DNA from: Spironucleus salmonicida
Taxonomy: Eukaryota
Direction of reading: 5' to 3'
Assembly (NCBI RefSeq): GCF_000497125.1
Contig: NC_090600.1
Coordinates: forward strand, 124,001 to 188,000
Length of the DNA stretch: 64,000 nt
The notes under the pieces were generated by a model. The model was not told the origin of the DNA and made no database searches. It was given only the letters and a program-made list of their open reading frames with translations. The translations under genes and the position numbers were made by a program. Shown piece after piece: positions 39,059 to 55,919 of the stretch (its first letter is position 1; every line of letters starts with the position of its first letter).

Positions 39059-41821
39059 ATGAGTGATAATGAATCATCGTAGGATATAGTAAAAGAAAAT
39101 AGTTAACCTAAAAAGAAAGCGAATTAATTTTTGATTATTTGGCGTCAGTATCTAACTATGTTGCGTAAAGATTTCATCGTAACGTACCGTCATCCAATTT
39201 TACTTGCCCTTGAAATACTCGTGCCAGCATTTCTTTTCCTCAGTATCTGTGACGATCGTTTCCGTGTTAAAGGTCTTGTTGCGAGCTATCCAATGACAAA
39301 TCTTACCCAATTCAATATAGACCAGAAAATATTAGGATATTATTTCCCAGATAATGCTACTATTTTTGAAAAGATGGAACTCACGAAATTAATGGAAGAG
39401 ATGGCTCTGATGTATACCCCTGCACTAGATAACACCTAACTTCTTGCTCTTGGGAATGTGGATGATGCCCAAAAAGCTGTTCTCGCTTGTTAAGATTGCT
39501 TCTGGGCTGTTTTTTCTGCAAAGATAAATTCAATCACTCAAGTATCAATAGATTACAACTTCAGAGTCCACGAATAATTCATTATCGATTAAGAGGTAGG
39601 TCGCAACAAAGATCGACTCTGGGATGCATAAGTCGCCCAAAATATGATAGAATTCGCTATAATGAATTACTTAGCCAAAGAATCTTCTATTGAGTAAATA
39701 AAGCCTATAAGCTAATATAGTAATTAATTTGGATTTTAAAAGCTCCCGGATGTCGAATATTTTAACCCGAGCGGAATTTATAATAAAGTCGCGTCAGGTG
39801 CTCCTGTTGTCCTTGGCATCTCTTGCCTTTTTTCATTTTTCGCATTTTCATTCAGTATTGTATCTGAAAAATAGATGAAACTCCGCTAAAGTCTTCATAC
39901 CGTAGGACTCCGTGATTCTGCATTCTGGCTTAGCCAGTTTACAATAGCAATTGGTCTTTCTTTTTGCTAATCATTTTTGCTTAATATTATTGGGAGAATT
40001 TCAGGGTATGTATACTTTAAATACACTGATTTTGGTATTAATTTTGTTATCATTTGGTTTTTCTTTTTGGCGTCACATACCTTTGCATTCCTAATAGCTT
40101 CAATTGTAACACATATTAAGGTACTCTCATTCGTCATATTTATTGCTTTTGTGGGATTTTTCGTTATTGGAACGCTTTGCACAAATCATTTAAAGATATA
40201 TCCCCCATTTGCACAATTTTCAGGTTGGTAAGTATTCTTTTTATCTCACGTAAGCTAAGCAATGTTTTTGGTATCTTTAAAATCTTTGCCATTTATAGAT
40301 AAATATCTTCCCACAACGCCTCCTGGATTCACTTGGTATGACTCGGTTCATTACACTGGTGCGTGTGAAGGAAATCCTTGCAACCCTGATTCATATGATA
40401 GTGGAAGAACTGTAGCTTTTTCAATTGGAATGCTCATAATCTGTATTATTGTACAGACAATTTTGGCCGCCTATATTGATTTAATTACACCATCTGCACA
40501 CGGTTCTAGATTGCCAATTTATGGACCTTTTTCACCGGAATTTTGGGGGGTTTCTAAAACACCCCCTCCACCAGCTTCACATTATCCGACCTATAAACGA
40601 AAAGCCGATTTAACATAATGGGACAAAGATGTTCGTACTGAATCTAGAAAGATATTATCCCCTTTAGGTTCTGCTGATTTCAACTCGATCAAAGATTCTG
40701 CAATTATAATTTATGATTTAAATGTTATTTTCAAAGGATTTAAAGATACAAAGCATGCAGTAAACCAGCTGTCATTTGCAATGCCTAAAAATTAAGTAGT
40801 TGGACTACTTGGTGCTAATGGAGCAGGAAAATCGACTACACTTTCAGTTCTCACAGGATCTCTTAAGGCAACTTCTGGGGAAGTTTAAATTTTGGGATAT
40901 TCGACAACATCATAACGTCGTCAGATATCAGAATTGCTTGGATACGCACCATAATTTGATGTTCTTTGGCCAGATCTTTCACCAGCTGAACATATTAGTA
41001 TTTTTGCTAATCTTAGAGGTTTAACTTATGAAGAAGAAATAAAATCAATAAAGCTTGCCAGAACTGCAGCGTTTAGAGCTGGTCTAGCTTAAATGGAGGA
41101 TGAAGAAGAAAGTAATGCTAGTGAAGGTAATGGTCTTTTGAAGAAATTATCTAAAAAAGAAGCTTTAGCAAAATTAACACAACTAAGACTATAAGATGTG
41201 GGACTATATGATGCACAAGACGTCAAATCTGTATCCCTTTCAGGCGGTATGAGAAGACGTCTAACACTGTGTTTAGCTTTAGTTGGTAACCCTCCGATCC
41301 TTATGTTAGATGAAATTTCAACTGGTCTAGATCCTATCTCACGTAGAAAGATATGGGATGTTATTTTAAGAGCTAAAACAGACCGCTCTGTACTTCTGAC
41401 AACACATTCAATGGAAGAATGTGATACACTTTCTGATCGCATTGCTGTCATGGCTCACGGAATTTTGCGTTGCATTGGAAGTTCTGCGCATTTAAAAACA
41501 AGATATGGAATGGGTTATAGAATCGATATTTCTTGTGAATTTGATCCAATTTCTGGAGTTTCTGATGTATTAAGAGTACGAGATGAATTAGTGAAAAAAT
41601 ATATGCCTGAAGCTATTTTAGTTGGTCGTACAGGAGGTCATTTAACATTAGCAGTTGCCCGAACTGTTGAATTTTAGCGTTTGTAAGAATTTTTAAAATA
41701 GGTTGAGACATCAGATTTGGTAAAAGGTTGGGGCATACGCTAAACTACCCTAGAAGAAGTGTTTTTGGCTATTAATAGACATGCTGATAAGCTGGAGATG
41801 ATCAAAGGTGTTATGAAGTGA
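39059..41821 (+). CDS. ABC transporter, subfamily A, half-size (one TMD plus one NBD), 920 aa
   Basis: QYLTMLRKDF..R.P...LEIL.P, IVSEKQMKLRQSL..VGL, GLLGANGAGKST, LSGGMRRRL, LDE.STGLDP, LTTHSMEECD. Confidence 0.93.
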
Positions 41822-42142
41822 ACAATTTGGGGGTTTATGAATGGTATGCTATACCATAAATACAGTAATTAAATAATGAATGCAATTTTTAAATTTAAAA
41901 CAGGATCATAGCATAGTATAATTATTTAGTCTCAAAATATAATCTAAATTAGCAGTCTAATTCTGATTTACTGTCGTTTAAATCTCTAAATAATCGTTTT
42001 AACGTTATACTGCATTTGTAAATCATTATTTTTATTATAGCAAATAATTTGATTATAGGATTTATCTGCTATGTTATACGTTCGTTATACTTTTTATTTA
42101 AGAACACTATTTCTTTCCTATTTATTATAATACTACTATACT

Positions 42143-42551
42143 TCACTTCGGTAATGCTAATTTAGATTTTCTAATGAAATAGTAAGCTAAACCACCATCA
42201 ATAACATCCATTATCCAACAACACTAACTGGGATACCTGTTATTGTACCTCCACTAAGCTTGTTAGGTTACAGTGGAGTACGATTAGACCGATCAACAAT
42301 ATCTACTTTTTCAAACATATGTTTTTGGTTGCATTGAAGTTAAACCCATCCAAACATGAGGCACACACCTAGTTTACGCAAGATTTACAATTTTAAGATA
42401 TCACACTATTTACACAGTTGCAACCTTTGTGGGCTGGAGTGATCTCTGCACAAGGGACACAATCCACTGTCGATGTAGTTTCAAAATCTGGACAAAAGTA
42501 ATCAGCTTTGCATTAGTTAAAAGAATTTCTACACTTACCACCACCTGACAT
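42143..42551 (-). pseudogene. frameshifted paralogue of the short CRMP at 22860-23306
   Basis: The 5' 216 bp are near-identical to 22860-23075, then diverge. NKLSGGTITG and [20 protein letters not shown] are out of frame with the ATG (span 409 nt), and the ATG frame hits an earlier TGA. Confidence 0.8.
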
Positions 42552-43752
42552 TCTTGTAAAAAATATAATTAATTATCCTAATAAATAATATAAATATTGA
42601 TTATATATTTTAAGAAAAACTAGAATATTTTTTAAGATATATCCTGTTATTATCAAGTTATAACCGAGTATGCAATTTACTATAGAATCGTCATAGTTAC
42701 ATTATAACACTATATATACCATATAATTATTATTGATAAAATCTAGATTTGATAGTATAAGACTGTATACGGTACTTAATTATAAATTTAAGATGTTTTT
42801 CGGGATATATGAATTGTTTCAATGTATTTATACATTAATTTTGATTTATATATGTAATATTATTCTTTCAATTATAATTATATTTGTATTCTTAATAATT
42901 GAACTAACAATGATATACATAGTCTTATATTAATTTATTTTTAATTATATTAATAACTATATTTCATTAATATTATTAAGTTAACTAGGTAATTTGTGAC
43001 ATATGCTTCAAAATGTTAATAAACCCTTCATATTGACAATTGTAACTATACTACTTTAGTAATAGTGATTGAATTAAATAAAGTAAATTAGGACTATAGA
43101 ATAAAATCATATTAGAGTAGCTTCAATAACATAAAGATTAATATATTATATTAGTAAATTTGAGGAATATGAATAATTAGTTCCTTAAAACTTGCAAGTA
43201 TGCTACCTCTTTATTTTTAAACATTTCATCATATGAATATTTTGGCAATCTACTAACGTTAAATAAAGCATAGCTTTTGTGGAATAGTAATGATATTTAT
43301 GACACCATAAATATAAGGTTATCATTAAATCGATCGATAACTTATTTGCTTATAGAAAGAGGAACTGGTATGATGCAACTTTATATAAAATAAGCTGTGC
43401 ATGTTTATGACACTGAGACTTATAGTGCACTATTATTTTTACGGTTTAAATAGCTAAGACTGCTGCCCAAATGAGCATGCTGTCGAACTCATTTGTATTC
43501 TGGTTAACTTATACATTATTATATAATAGGTTATCAAAATTATAAATTATATTAAATTATAAATTATATTAAATTATGCATTAATTAAATAGTAATATTC
43601 TATTTTTGTCTTAAACTTTTGATTATATTATTTTTTCTAATAACAAAATTATCATATTAGCCACCAAAGCTAGTTTCCATATTAAAAAACTGCACACAAT
43701 ACTTAAAGAAAGAATTGCTTTAATATCATCGATTATCATATTTCATCTAAAA

Positions 43753-44631
43753 ATGGCTGCTGTGCAAACATGTTCCAAAGATAAACCTACTTGTAACATT
43801 GACCAATTCTGCCCTGCACTAGATTCTAATCAAGTCCCATGTTTACCGTGCACTGATAATATTATTCTAGGTCAGGGATGCTACTGTGATGAGGACTATT
43901 TAATCGAAAACTGCAAAGAATGCAATGGAGGCAACTGCGCAAGATGCCTAAAGGGTTCTTACTACTCAGATTCACGGTGCAAGCTGTGTCCAAAAGGTTG
44001 CATTGACTGCTTTGAGGAATAATCTTGCATATAGTGTGCCGACAACTATGTGCTTAATGCATTAACATAATAGTGCGAGATGAGTTGCGAGTCTAACAAA
44101 GACTGCTAAGACGTAAATTATCGTCTCTGTAACGGTTAAACAAAGTCATGTTCGGCGTGTCCACCCGGCTGCTAACTGTGTTCTTCAGTAGAAATATGCA
44201 ACGCTTGTGATTCTATGAATAAAACAACCACCTTGAACGGTCTCTGTACGCCGAAATGTGATAATCTTTAGGATGGATAATACTGCAAAAATGGTGTTGA
44301 GAAGATCTGCGGTGAAGGAATAGACTCTGCATGTAAGTGCGGTGAGAGTTTGAATTGTGCTACTTGTACAGTTGATAATAAAAAATGTGCTACCTGCCTG
44401 CCAGGTATAGAAAAGAATCTCAACGACCAATGTCAGACTTGTTCTAATGGATATGAAAAATTGGGCGATTTGTGCTGGAAACTTGAAGAAGTGGAAAGCA
44501 ACAAAATTGGTAGTGGTGCAATTGCTGGAATTGTTATTGGAATAGTCGCAGTAGTAGGGGTAGTTGGATGCGGAGTTGCTTATTATTTGGTTAGAAGAGC
44601 AAAAAAACTGTTAGTGAGTGAGGCGTAATGA
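43753..44631 (+). CDS. CRMP1/VSP-like protein, 292 aa (variant copy of 20797-21675)
   Basis: Same length, TM segment and RRAKK tail; clustered ectodomain substitutions. Confidence 0.92.
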
Positions 44632-47171
44632 GGTTGAAAAGTATAATAATTTAAAAATTTCATAAGAATTGGTGTTTGGTATGGTAAATAAGATAAGATC
44701 ACTTCCATTATTTAAGGCTGAACACAGCATATGGTTATTTATGATTCATTATTATAAAAGTTTATTTATTTTGAGCGCTTAAGGGTAATCAAATAGTTAG
44801 TTTTTAGTGAAAATAATTTATTAATTTAATATAAAAGCTAGAATAATAGTAACATCAATTTTATTCTTAACACTTAGTATTCCACAGTATAAGATTAACC
44901 CGCAATGCTATGATGCTTTAAATTGATAAGCATAAATTAACAGATAAGTATTAATGTTCTTATTGTTTATGTTGAATGACTAATAATAATATTAATTTTC
45001 AGAAATATGCTTCTAATCTAAATTAAATTAACTTGTACAATAAATATTTTAGTATTGAAATCATTATCTTATGTAAAAAATGTAAAGATAATTGTTTATT
45101 TTAATTTATACTTGAAATTCTGATAAAATTGCTTAACATATGATATTATAATTACTCTAATACGTTTATTGACATATTTTAGATCTTATTATAGTTTCTT
45201 CTTGTAGTATAACTAGTAAGTATAAATGATTAAAATACATTAATTAAATACCAGTATAACTGCTAGTTCAATTAGAAAATTAAAGGTAACATATCATTAT
45301 TCTGATTGTATTTTAAATATAGTTTTTACAATATTAATAACCTCAGTATTAATTGTAGATATTTTTTATAAAAATTGTTTATACATAATACAATATTTAA
45401 ATTTTAATGGAAATTAACGTAGACAAACAAACATACTAATGTGCAATAAATTATTTTAGATCAAAAATCCTAGTTATATTTATAAGTTTTATAATATTTA
45501 TTTCCCCATACAGATAATACTGAAACTATAATTTTGTATTATTTCTACCTTTACGTTTAACTATCCATTTTTTAATTTTTACATAGTTATTGAAATTTTA
45601 GGTATAGTATCATTATTATCTTAATTGAATATAAATTTATTATAATATAATATATAACCATTAATAATTTTAGATATAATATTGACGCTAATTAGTAATA
45701 AATCTTATTCATTTATAATGATGAGACAATGAAAATACTAGATTGCCTTTAAAAAACTCAGTTATCACTTGATCAATAAAAGAAGTTAGGTGTAAAATCG
45801 GAAACTATAGTTATACTAATAATTCAGATTAGACAATATATTTGCTGTATACTTCACATAAGAGTCTTAACACCAAATGCTATTATAACTATAACAAACT
45901 AGATTAAAGGATTACTAATATATTCCTACAATATATCATAAACGTATGCTTGATTTTTATATTCTTATAGATACTTTTACTTGTACCCGATTGGCTGCAG
46001 AAATTTTGCTAATAACAGTAACTATTTTTAATCGTCAGATAGCTTTATTAAAGACAAACATAAGATATTATGCATATTTACTTTTTTAGTCTACTTAAAT
46101 TATTAAATAGCAGAGAAAGTATACTGGGGCACAGCATTTTATAGATGTATAGTATCTAATACTAATATCAACATATGTTAATCGTCAACTTTTTGGTAAT
46201 ACGTTCAAGTTTATGATTTAGCTACCATAATTACTTTGACTTGTGCTAAATAGTGTGCTTAAGTTATTACTTCTACATGGAAATTGAGCTATAAAATTAA
46301 TTTTGCTTCTTATAAACAAGATCAGAGGAGAAATACTAGTTATATTTAATATGTAAAATGTATATCTATAGTAAATATACTTAGTGGGTTGATGGATTTA
46401 AGAATAAATATTTACTACTTAAAATATTAGTATAATCTTAATAAAAACTTAGATACGGGATTTATTAGTTAAAAACCAGTTACATTAATATTATTATTAG
46501 ATATAATAGTAATTTCTATAATTATAGTTATAAAAACTTAAGAACTTCTAAGAGCAATAATACTTGTTAAAGATTATATACTATTTATATATTAGAAACT
46601 AAATATGATAGTTTTATTGTAAATATGATACTTTATTATTAAAATATTGTAAGTTTACATTGTGTAATAAACAAAATGTTAAACGATTCTTAATAGGGTC
46701 GAATCATATATTATATAACAAGATAAAATTATTAAGAATAAATAATTAAAACGTATTCAATACTGCATACTTATGTTTCTCGAGTATTGCGAGAATGATT
46801 TATGCACTATTTTATGAAATAATTTTCTGATATATTCATAGAGCTAAAAAATGATTATATTCTTGGCTAATATTATTTTAACAATGTGGATAATAAAAAT
46901 ATATACATTTTGGCTAATATTTTAATTTATTTGAACAAATAACAGTTTAAGTAAATACAATTTAGTGTATTAACATTACTTTATATGAAAAACGGCAGGC
47001 AAAAGCATTATAGCACAGAAATTTTCTTTACAATACAAGCTTGATAAATAATTACCTAAAAGTTACTATTAATGAAGAAAAGTCACGATTATTATATTTA
47101 TTATAAGGTAAAATTAAACTAATATAGTAGTTTATAATAATTTATTGTAAATTAATAAAACTAATTATCCA

Positions 47172-48995
47172 TCACTTCGCATATTAAGGAACTTAATTTA
47201 TTAACCCCTGAGAACTATTTGCCTATTAACGCGTAATTTCTTATATTCTGGTAGGCATAACGATAGAATCTCTCCTAGTATTGACTCCCTTTTTCTTGAT
47301 AATTAAAAATACTGATAATATGATGAATCCTACTAGTACCAACGCTAGGACAACGATTCCTGCAACCAAACCGCTATCGGAGCCCAATTATTTTTATTCA
47401 ATTTCCTCACATCTTAGGATCTCAAAGTTGAACAATTATCCTTCTTCACATTTTGCCATAACGCACTATTCGCGAATAAGTTCAAACCCAGGTTTACATA
47501 CCGTGCAAAATTCGTTTATCAGTGCATTCTCTGAACTACATGTGCTACACTTAGTATTGTTGTCTATTAAATGGGTTTGGCACACGCAGTTTCCGTTTTC
47601 ACACTTTCCCTTATCTGCGCACTCAGTATTGTTATAGATACAGTTTTTGTTTATACATTCGTTGTTTAACATCTGATAATTGGCCAGGCAGGACTTGCAG
47701 CCTGTATTGGGGTCCGCATTGTCATCGGTACATTTGCAGATTCCAGAGCTTTGGCAAACTCCTTTATAGTTACATATCGTGTCGCCAGTTATACATTTTT
47801 CTGGTCTGCAGTCTTTAGCTATTAAAGAACCAAAATAAATTGACCCAGGAAGACATTCTTCACATCCTTTTCTTGGATCATTGAATTTATAACTTCCACA
47901 AGAATCACAAACTAATTCATTGCCTATAAGTTTACATCTACCACGCCCTAAGCATGATTCTTGCGAAGTTATACAAAGATCTAGCCCGCATTAAAGTTAA
48001 CCAAACTAAAGTTGTGAATAGCCCTTAGGGCATTAACAGAAAAGACCACTAGTATCATTTTAGCATTAGCACCTTATATAGTATTGTCCTACACAAATTC
48101 CATTATTATTACATATGGAATTATTAGAAATACATTCAGGATACCCGCATTCCGTTTCATTCTTAAGGAATATCATATTATCCTCGCAATTTTAACATGA
48201 ATTACCAGAAAAAGTTGAATGACATCTGCATTATAGAGTGTCAGAATCGCAAGTTCCATGCCCGCTACACTATGTCTTACCAGTTGTACAGAAATCTTAC
48301 AGGCAAATTTCATTAATGAGTTTATACCCTGATTCACATTAAAAACAACTATACGAGGAGTCAAAGTTACCTGAACATGAGCAAAAGCCAGAGCGGTTGC
48401 ATTCTCCGTGGCCGTAACAAACAGTATCCCCAGTGATACAATATTCGTCCACGCAAACTTTATCTTCAAATGGCTTGATAATTTGATAGCCTTTGAGGCA
48501 ACCACTGCATCCTTATCTTGGATCATTTCCAGTAAATTTTCCGCAACCATCACAAACAAATTCTCTCTTAAATACATCAGCTTGTAATTTGCAGGTGGAA
48601 CGCCCGAAACATACATTATCAGAAGCACCACACAGATATTCAGCACATTCTGCACTAGAATTACTAATTTGCTTGAAACCGGGCTGGCACTAACAGTATT
48701 TTCCAGAAACATTTCCCGAGCATATGCATTTATTCGCACTAGAACATGTACCATTGTCGCTGCAAATAGTGTCTTTTATCACACAAGATGCGTTAGCACA
48801 CTCAGTTTTATTATTTACCATAACCATCCCCTCTGAGCATTCAGTGCACTAACGGCCGGTAAAGTCATGGTAGCAACGACATGAATTACTTTCATTTAAA
48901 CATTCACCATGTCCTCCACAAATAATATTACCTATGATACATTCATTAGAGTAACACTAGCTTCCAATAGACGATTATCCCTAGGGGCACGTCAT
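47172..48995 (-). CDS. CRMP2-like protein, 607 aa (copy of 15775-18255 lacking one 219-aa unit)
   Basis: ATG at 48995, TGA at 47172; junction IKDTICSDNGTCSSANKC joins the left-copy sequences at 16003 and 16660. Confidence 0.9.
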
Positions 48996-50108
48996 TTATG
49001 AAGTTTCGTTTTGAAAAAAATAATAATACTTAGGTTAGTTATCAGCTTTTAAAAAATATTTCCTAAATTTAAGAATCTTATTTCATATGCTATTATGGTA
49101 AATTTATAAATATATAGAGTATTACGTAATAAATAGTTATAATAGTATTCAGTTAGTGCTAAATAGTTGAAACTTAAAAATATTTATTTGATTAATACTT
49201 ATTATTATTTATTAAATCTCATGATATATTATAGGATATTAAAATTAAAATAACAATTTGTCATAAATATTATTAAAAATAAATTAATAATCTGCATCTT
49301 TTAGTTATGTTTATTATTTTTATTTTCAAAAGCTATAAAAGTAAATATTTTAAATACTATTAAAGATATAGGAAAAGTAAATTTTTTAATTTTATTATAT
49401 AACATAAGTCTTTAATAAAAATTTAATAGTAGAATAAACATAAATAATAAAAAATAATTATAAATTATTACGTAAATACTTTAATTATTAATATTGATTT
49501 ATTAAATTTAACAATTATAAACTTAAATAATTACGTTTATTATCACTTTATCATAATAAGATGGCTAATTTGTGTTATAGACATTCATATTATTATACCA
49601 ATCTAATCATTTAATTTTAAGAGACCTTACTATAGATGTTAAAATATATTTAAAAGTGATTAAAAAAAAATTATTAATAAAAACAGTATGTACAACATAT
49701 TTTTGGCGGAAGATTTTAAAATATTATAAGGTAATTTAATGATTAATACTCTAGAATTTATTGATCTATTTACATATTAGTTTACATACTAGATTTTCAA
49801 ATATAGTATAATAATATATATATTCAGTATACGTGGAATGGATAATAAATTACTATAAATAGATGTATTAACGTTTATAGGGTAAAATTTCACGAATATA
49901 TATTATTTTCAGTTCAAATAAATATATATGAAAAACTAGTTTTAAGATACTAGCATCAGAATAGATATTTTGCATATACTTAATTATTAGATAAAGTGTA
50001 ATTATATCATTATATATTTGTTATTCATAAATCAAATCCACAAAATATTTTTTCAAATTTCACAAAAATAACTAATATTTTTTTAAGAAAACTATAATAA
50101 ATTCAAAA

Positions 50109-50978
50109 ATGACAGAATCTGGCTACTGCTCAGATACTGGTTAAAACTGTAATGTAAATTATTTTTGCCCTTAACGTCTTAACCGTTAAGTATAGTGTAA
50201 ACCGTGCACTGATGATATGATTCTAGGATAAGGATGCAACTGCATCAGACGAAATGAAGTACAAAATTGTAAACAATGTTTAAATGGTGTGTGTATAAAA
50301 TGTCTTCCTGGAACTTTTCTTATTAAAAATGAATGCGAAAGTTGTTCTTCTAATTGCTTGCTTTGTGATTAGCTGGATACTTGCTAAAAATGTGCGGAAG
50401 GGTTCATTTTTAGTGAAGAGAGCAATTAATGTTAATTGCCCTGTAATATCAATAAGGATTGTTAAGATACAGGAAATGGATACTGTGATGCAGGTAAAAA
50501 GGTATGTGTTAAATGTGAGTTAAATTGTGAAATATGTTCAGATAATATATTTTGTTATAAATGCATTAGATAATATAATTTAAATTCAATTAATGGTACC
50601 TGTGAGAAATATTGTTTATAAAATGTAAATGGAAAGTATTGTAAAGATGGAAACAACATATTGTGCTCTGATGGACTCACATCTGCCTGTTACTGTGAGG
50701 GTAGGAAGAATTGTGCATCCTGTAATGCAGATAATAGCGGATGTGCTACCTGCTTTCATAATTTTGACTAAACTAAAGATGGAGACTGCTTATTTTGTAA
50801 AACAGGATATGAGCAAATAGGGGCCTATTGTTATATTTCGCAGCAGATCAATGATAATAAAATTAGCAGTGGTGCGATCGTTGGAATCGTAATAGGAATT
50901 TTAGCTCTTTGCGCTGTAGTAGGAGGTAGTTTAGCTTACTATTTTATAGGAAAAGCGAAAATAAATCTCCTGAAATGA
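50109..50978 (+). CDS. CRMP1/VSP-like protein, 289 aa (near-identical copy of 13415-14284)
   Basis: Fully translated with no TGA; the only differences I spotted are synonymous. Confidence 0.9.
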
Positions 50979-51891
50979 TTCATTACTAAACTTATAAAAT
51001 AATGTACATATTTATTAAATGAAACTTAAAAAAATCAAGAAATTAAAAGCACGCAGAATTTAATTTACCTGATTTTATACTGAAATTCATATAAATATAA
51101 TACATAATGAATACTTCATATTTAAAAATTACTGTTTGGAGTTAGTAATAAGATTATGAATATAAAGTTTATTGTTTTATAAAAATAATAGAAATATACT
51201 AAATTTATTAATATTTATATCTAATATATTTTTTAATTATATAATAACTATTAAATTTATCTTAACTACTTAATACACGAAAAGTAATTGGTCATAAAAT
51301 GAAAATAACATTAATAAATCACATAACTGATTATAGTTTGCCACTGAGATGTCAATTTTAGTTTCTTAGAGTTTTAAACCAAATATATTAGTTATAATGA
51401 AAAATAAATAGAAGTATTTTTTCATTAACATTTCATGTATTCATATGTTTATGTAAACAGTTATCATACAATCATTATTCAATTTATTTAGTAAACATTG
51501 AAGATATAGTTGGCAATATTTATACTTCTGCAAATTTATTGCTGATAAGTAAGAAGAATAACTGAAATTTATCTATATACAACAAGTAGAGCACAACAGT
51601 ATACTTGTGTTTTAGTCATAGGCCTTCATTGACTATTAATGAATAAATTAAAGAAAACTGTTTAAAGCAATATACTTAAAGGAATTTTTACATATATATC
51701 AATTATATACAAATAATATAAGATTATTTTATAAACATTTTCCTAATATTTCGAGTACTATCAGAAATAACCTAAAATTGATGAGTCTATCATAATTAAA
51801 AAATAAACTCTATATATTCAATTATAATTCTATGGTACAAAAAAGGATATATGTTTAAACTTTTTATTAAAATTATATGTCGATTTTCAAA

Positions 51892-52291
51892 ATGACTTAA
51901 AGCAGCACCTTTACTATTTCAATTAAAAACTATGACACAAATAATTTTTGTCTAGTAATTGGGATATGCTCAGTATAATATAAACCTTAAACTGACTACG
52001 TCAGAATGGGATCTGGATACGCCTGCGTGACCGGAACTCCTGTGCTATATTGTACTTAATGCGCAGATATATCATGGTTAAATACATTGCAGGTGTATTT
52101 GTAATCGTGTAACTTTGCAAATTTTACGTGCAAGATTGTGGGAATGTACTGGTAGAGAAACATGCACAAAATGCAAATATGGCTGGGCTTTCGACTAGGC
52201 TGCAAAACTTTTGATAACGCGGTCGTTAATGCATGCACGATCTACAGGGGGAGCTAAGATGAAACAAAAACGTATGTGATCCTTCTGCGAA
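51892..52291 (+). pseudogene. 5' fragment of the CRMP pseudogene (copy of 12102-12501)
   Basis: Matches the left copy up to ...GATCCTTCTGCGAA, then switches to unrelated sequence. Confidence 0.8.
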
Positions 52292-52292
52292 T

Positions 52293-52493
52293 CTGTGCGC
52301 CCAGCTGATTCACCACGCAATAAGCGGATTTGGGACAGATGACAGCTTGCTGATTAGCGTCACGACCCTATTTAGAGATCGGTACTATGACTGGATCCAG
52401 TAGGCGTATCCTGGGAATATTAGCAGAGCTATCAGGGGTGATACCAGCGGGTGGTACGAAAAGGGGTTGCTAAGCATGTGGAATCTGAGTTGA
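52293..52493 (+). pseudogene. 5'-truncated annexin (alpha-giardin family): last annexin repeat only
   Basis: LCAQLIHHAISGFGTDDSLLISVTTLFRDRYYDWIQQAYPGNISRAIRGDTSGWYEKGLLSMWNLS TGA contains the GxGTDD and GDTSG.Y annexin motifs. An in-frame TGA lies at 52260 and there is no ATG ahead of the repeat. Confidence 0.85.
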
Positions 52494-52577
52494 ATTTTTA
52501 GTTATAGTTTAATCAAGTTTGTAAATTTTTAATACGCGTATTATATATTTAATAACATAAAAACCAAATTTCATAAA

Positions 52578-52991
52578 ATGAATATCGAGTAAATCATAAA
52601 GTTGCACGAAGAGATTATCAAGGCGTTGAAGTAAAGTACAGTGGATATATTAACACCAATATTAGCATAACCATTGCCAATTTCTGAATATTTTCTCTTT
52701 GTGCAGTTAGCTGCAGCTTCTCCGCATTTGGCGATTCACACATTAGCCTAGTAGACAGGAAGAGATAAAACTATTTTCCAGGATATATTATACTAATTGT
52801 AGGGATTTGTAAATAAAAATTACGATAACGAGCTAACTCTAAGCGAACTTTCTGAATAAATAAAGTTTAAGAAATCACAAATGGGACCTGTTCCTGACAT
52901 TTTTAAAGAATAATCTGAAAATGAATCGAAAATGTCAGACATTGTTAAACAATTAGTCAGAGATCATAATTTTAAGACTGACTAAAAGTGA
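52578..52991 (+). CDS. hypothetical protein, 137 aa
   Basis: MNIEQIIKLHEEIIKALK...; ends AAG TGA. Confidence 0.75.
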
Positions 52992-53054
52992 TTATTATTT
53001 ATAATTTACAATATATTTTTTCTAATTCAAAAATAATTTCCATTCCTTTGTAGA

Positions 53055-55580
<2,526 letters not shown>

Positions 55581-55919
55581 TATTAATGACTTGTTTCTTA
55601 TTTTTTAATTTAGTTAATTTAGAAATTAATAATATAATTATATATGTATTAATATATGATGCGATTAAATATCTAGTAAGTAATTATAACAGAGTTTATT
55701 CTAGTATATATGATAATTTGTAAGTTATTAGTGTATATTTTCTAAGAGCTTTTAAAAAATAATTTATAATATACATAATATAAATGCTACTTCTATGATA
55801 ACCTCTATAAAAACTGATTTTGCCTTAACTCATTAATATATATTATAAGATATAGTGTAATTAATAGTATAATTATATTTATAACATTTATTAAATATAT
55901 TACGATGCATATTTGAAAT

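Larger units (their letters stand above)
42336..52291 (-). repeat. right arm (9,956 bp) of the inverted duplication
   Basis: Reverse complement of 12102-23075. The 1018-bp length difference equals 377 (AAT region) + 657 + 1 - 17. Confidence 0.97.

Noticed and set aside
43541-43577. 17-bp tandem duplication in the right arm only
   Set aside because: Ordinary slippage in AT-rich DNA; useful only as an arm-distinguishing marker.
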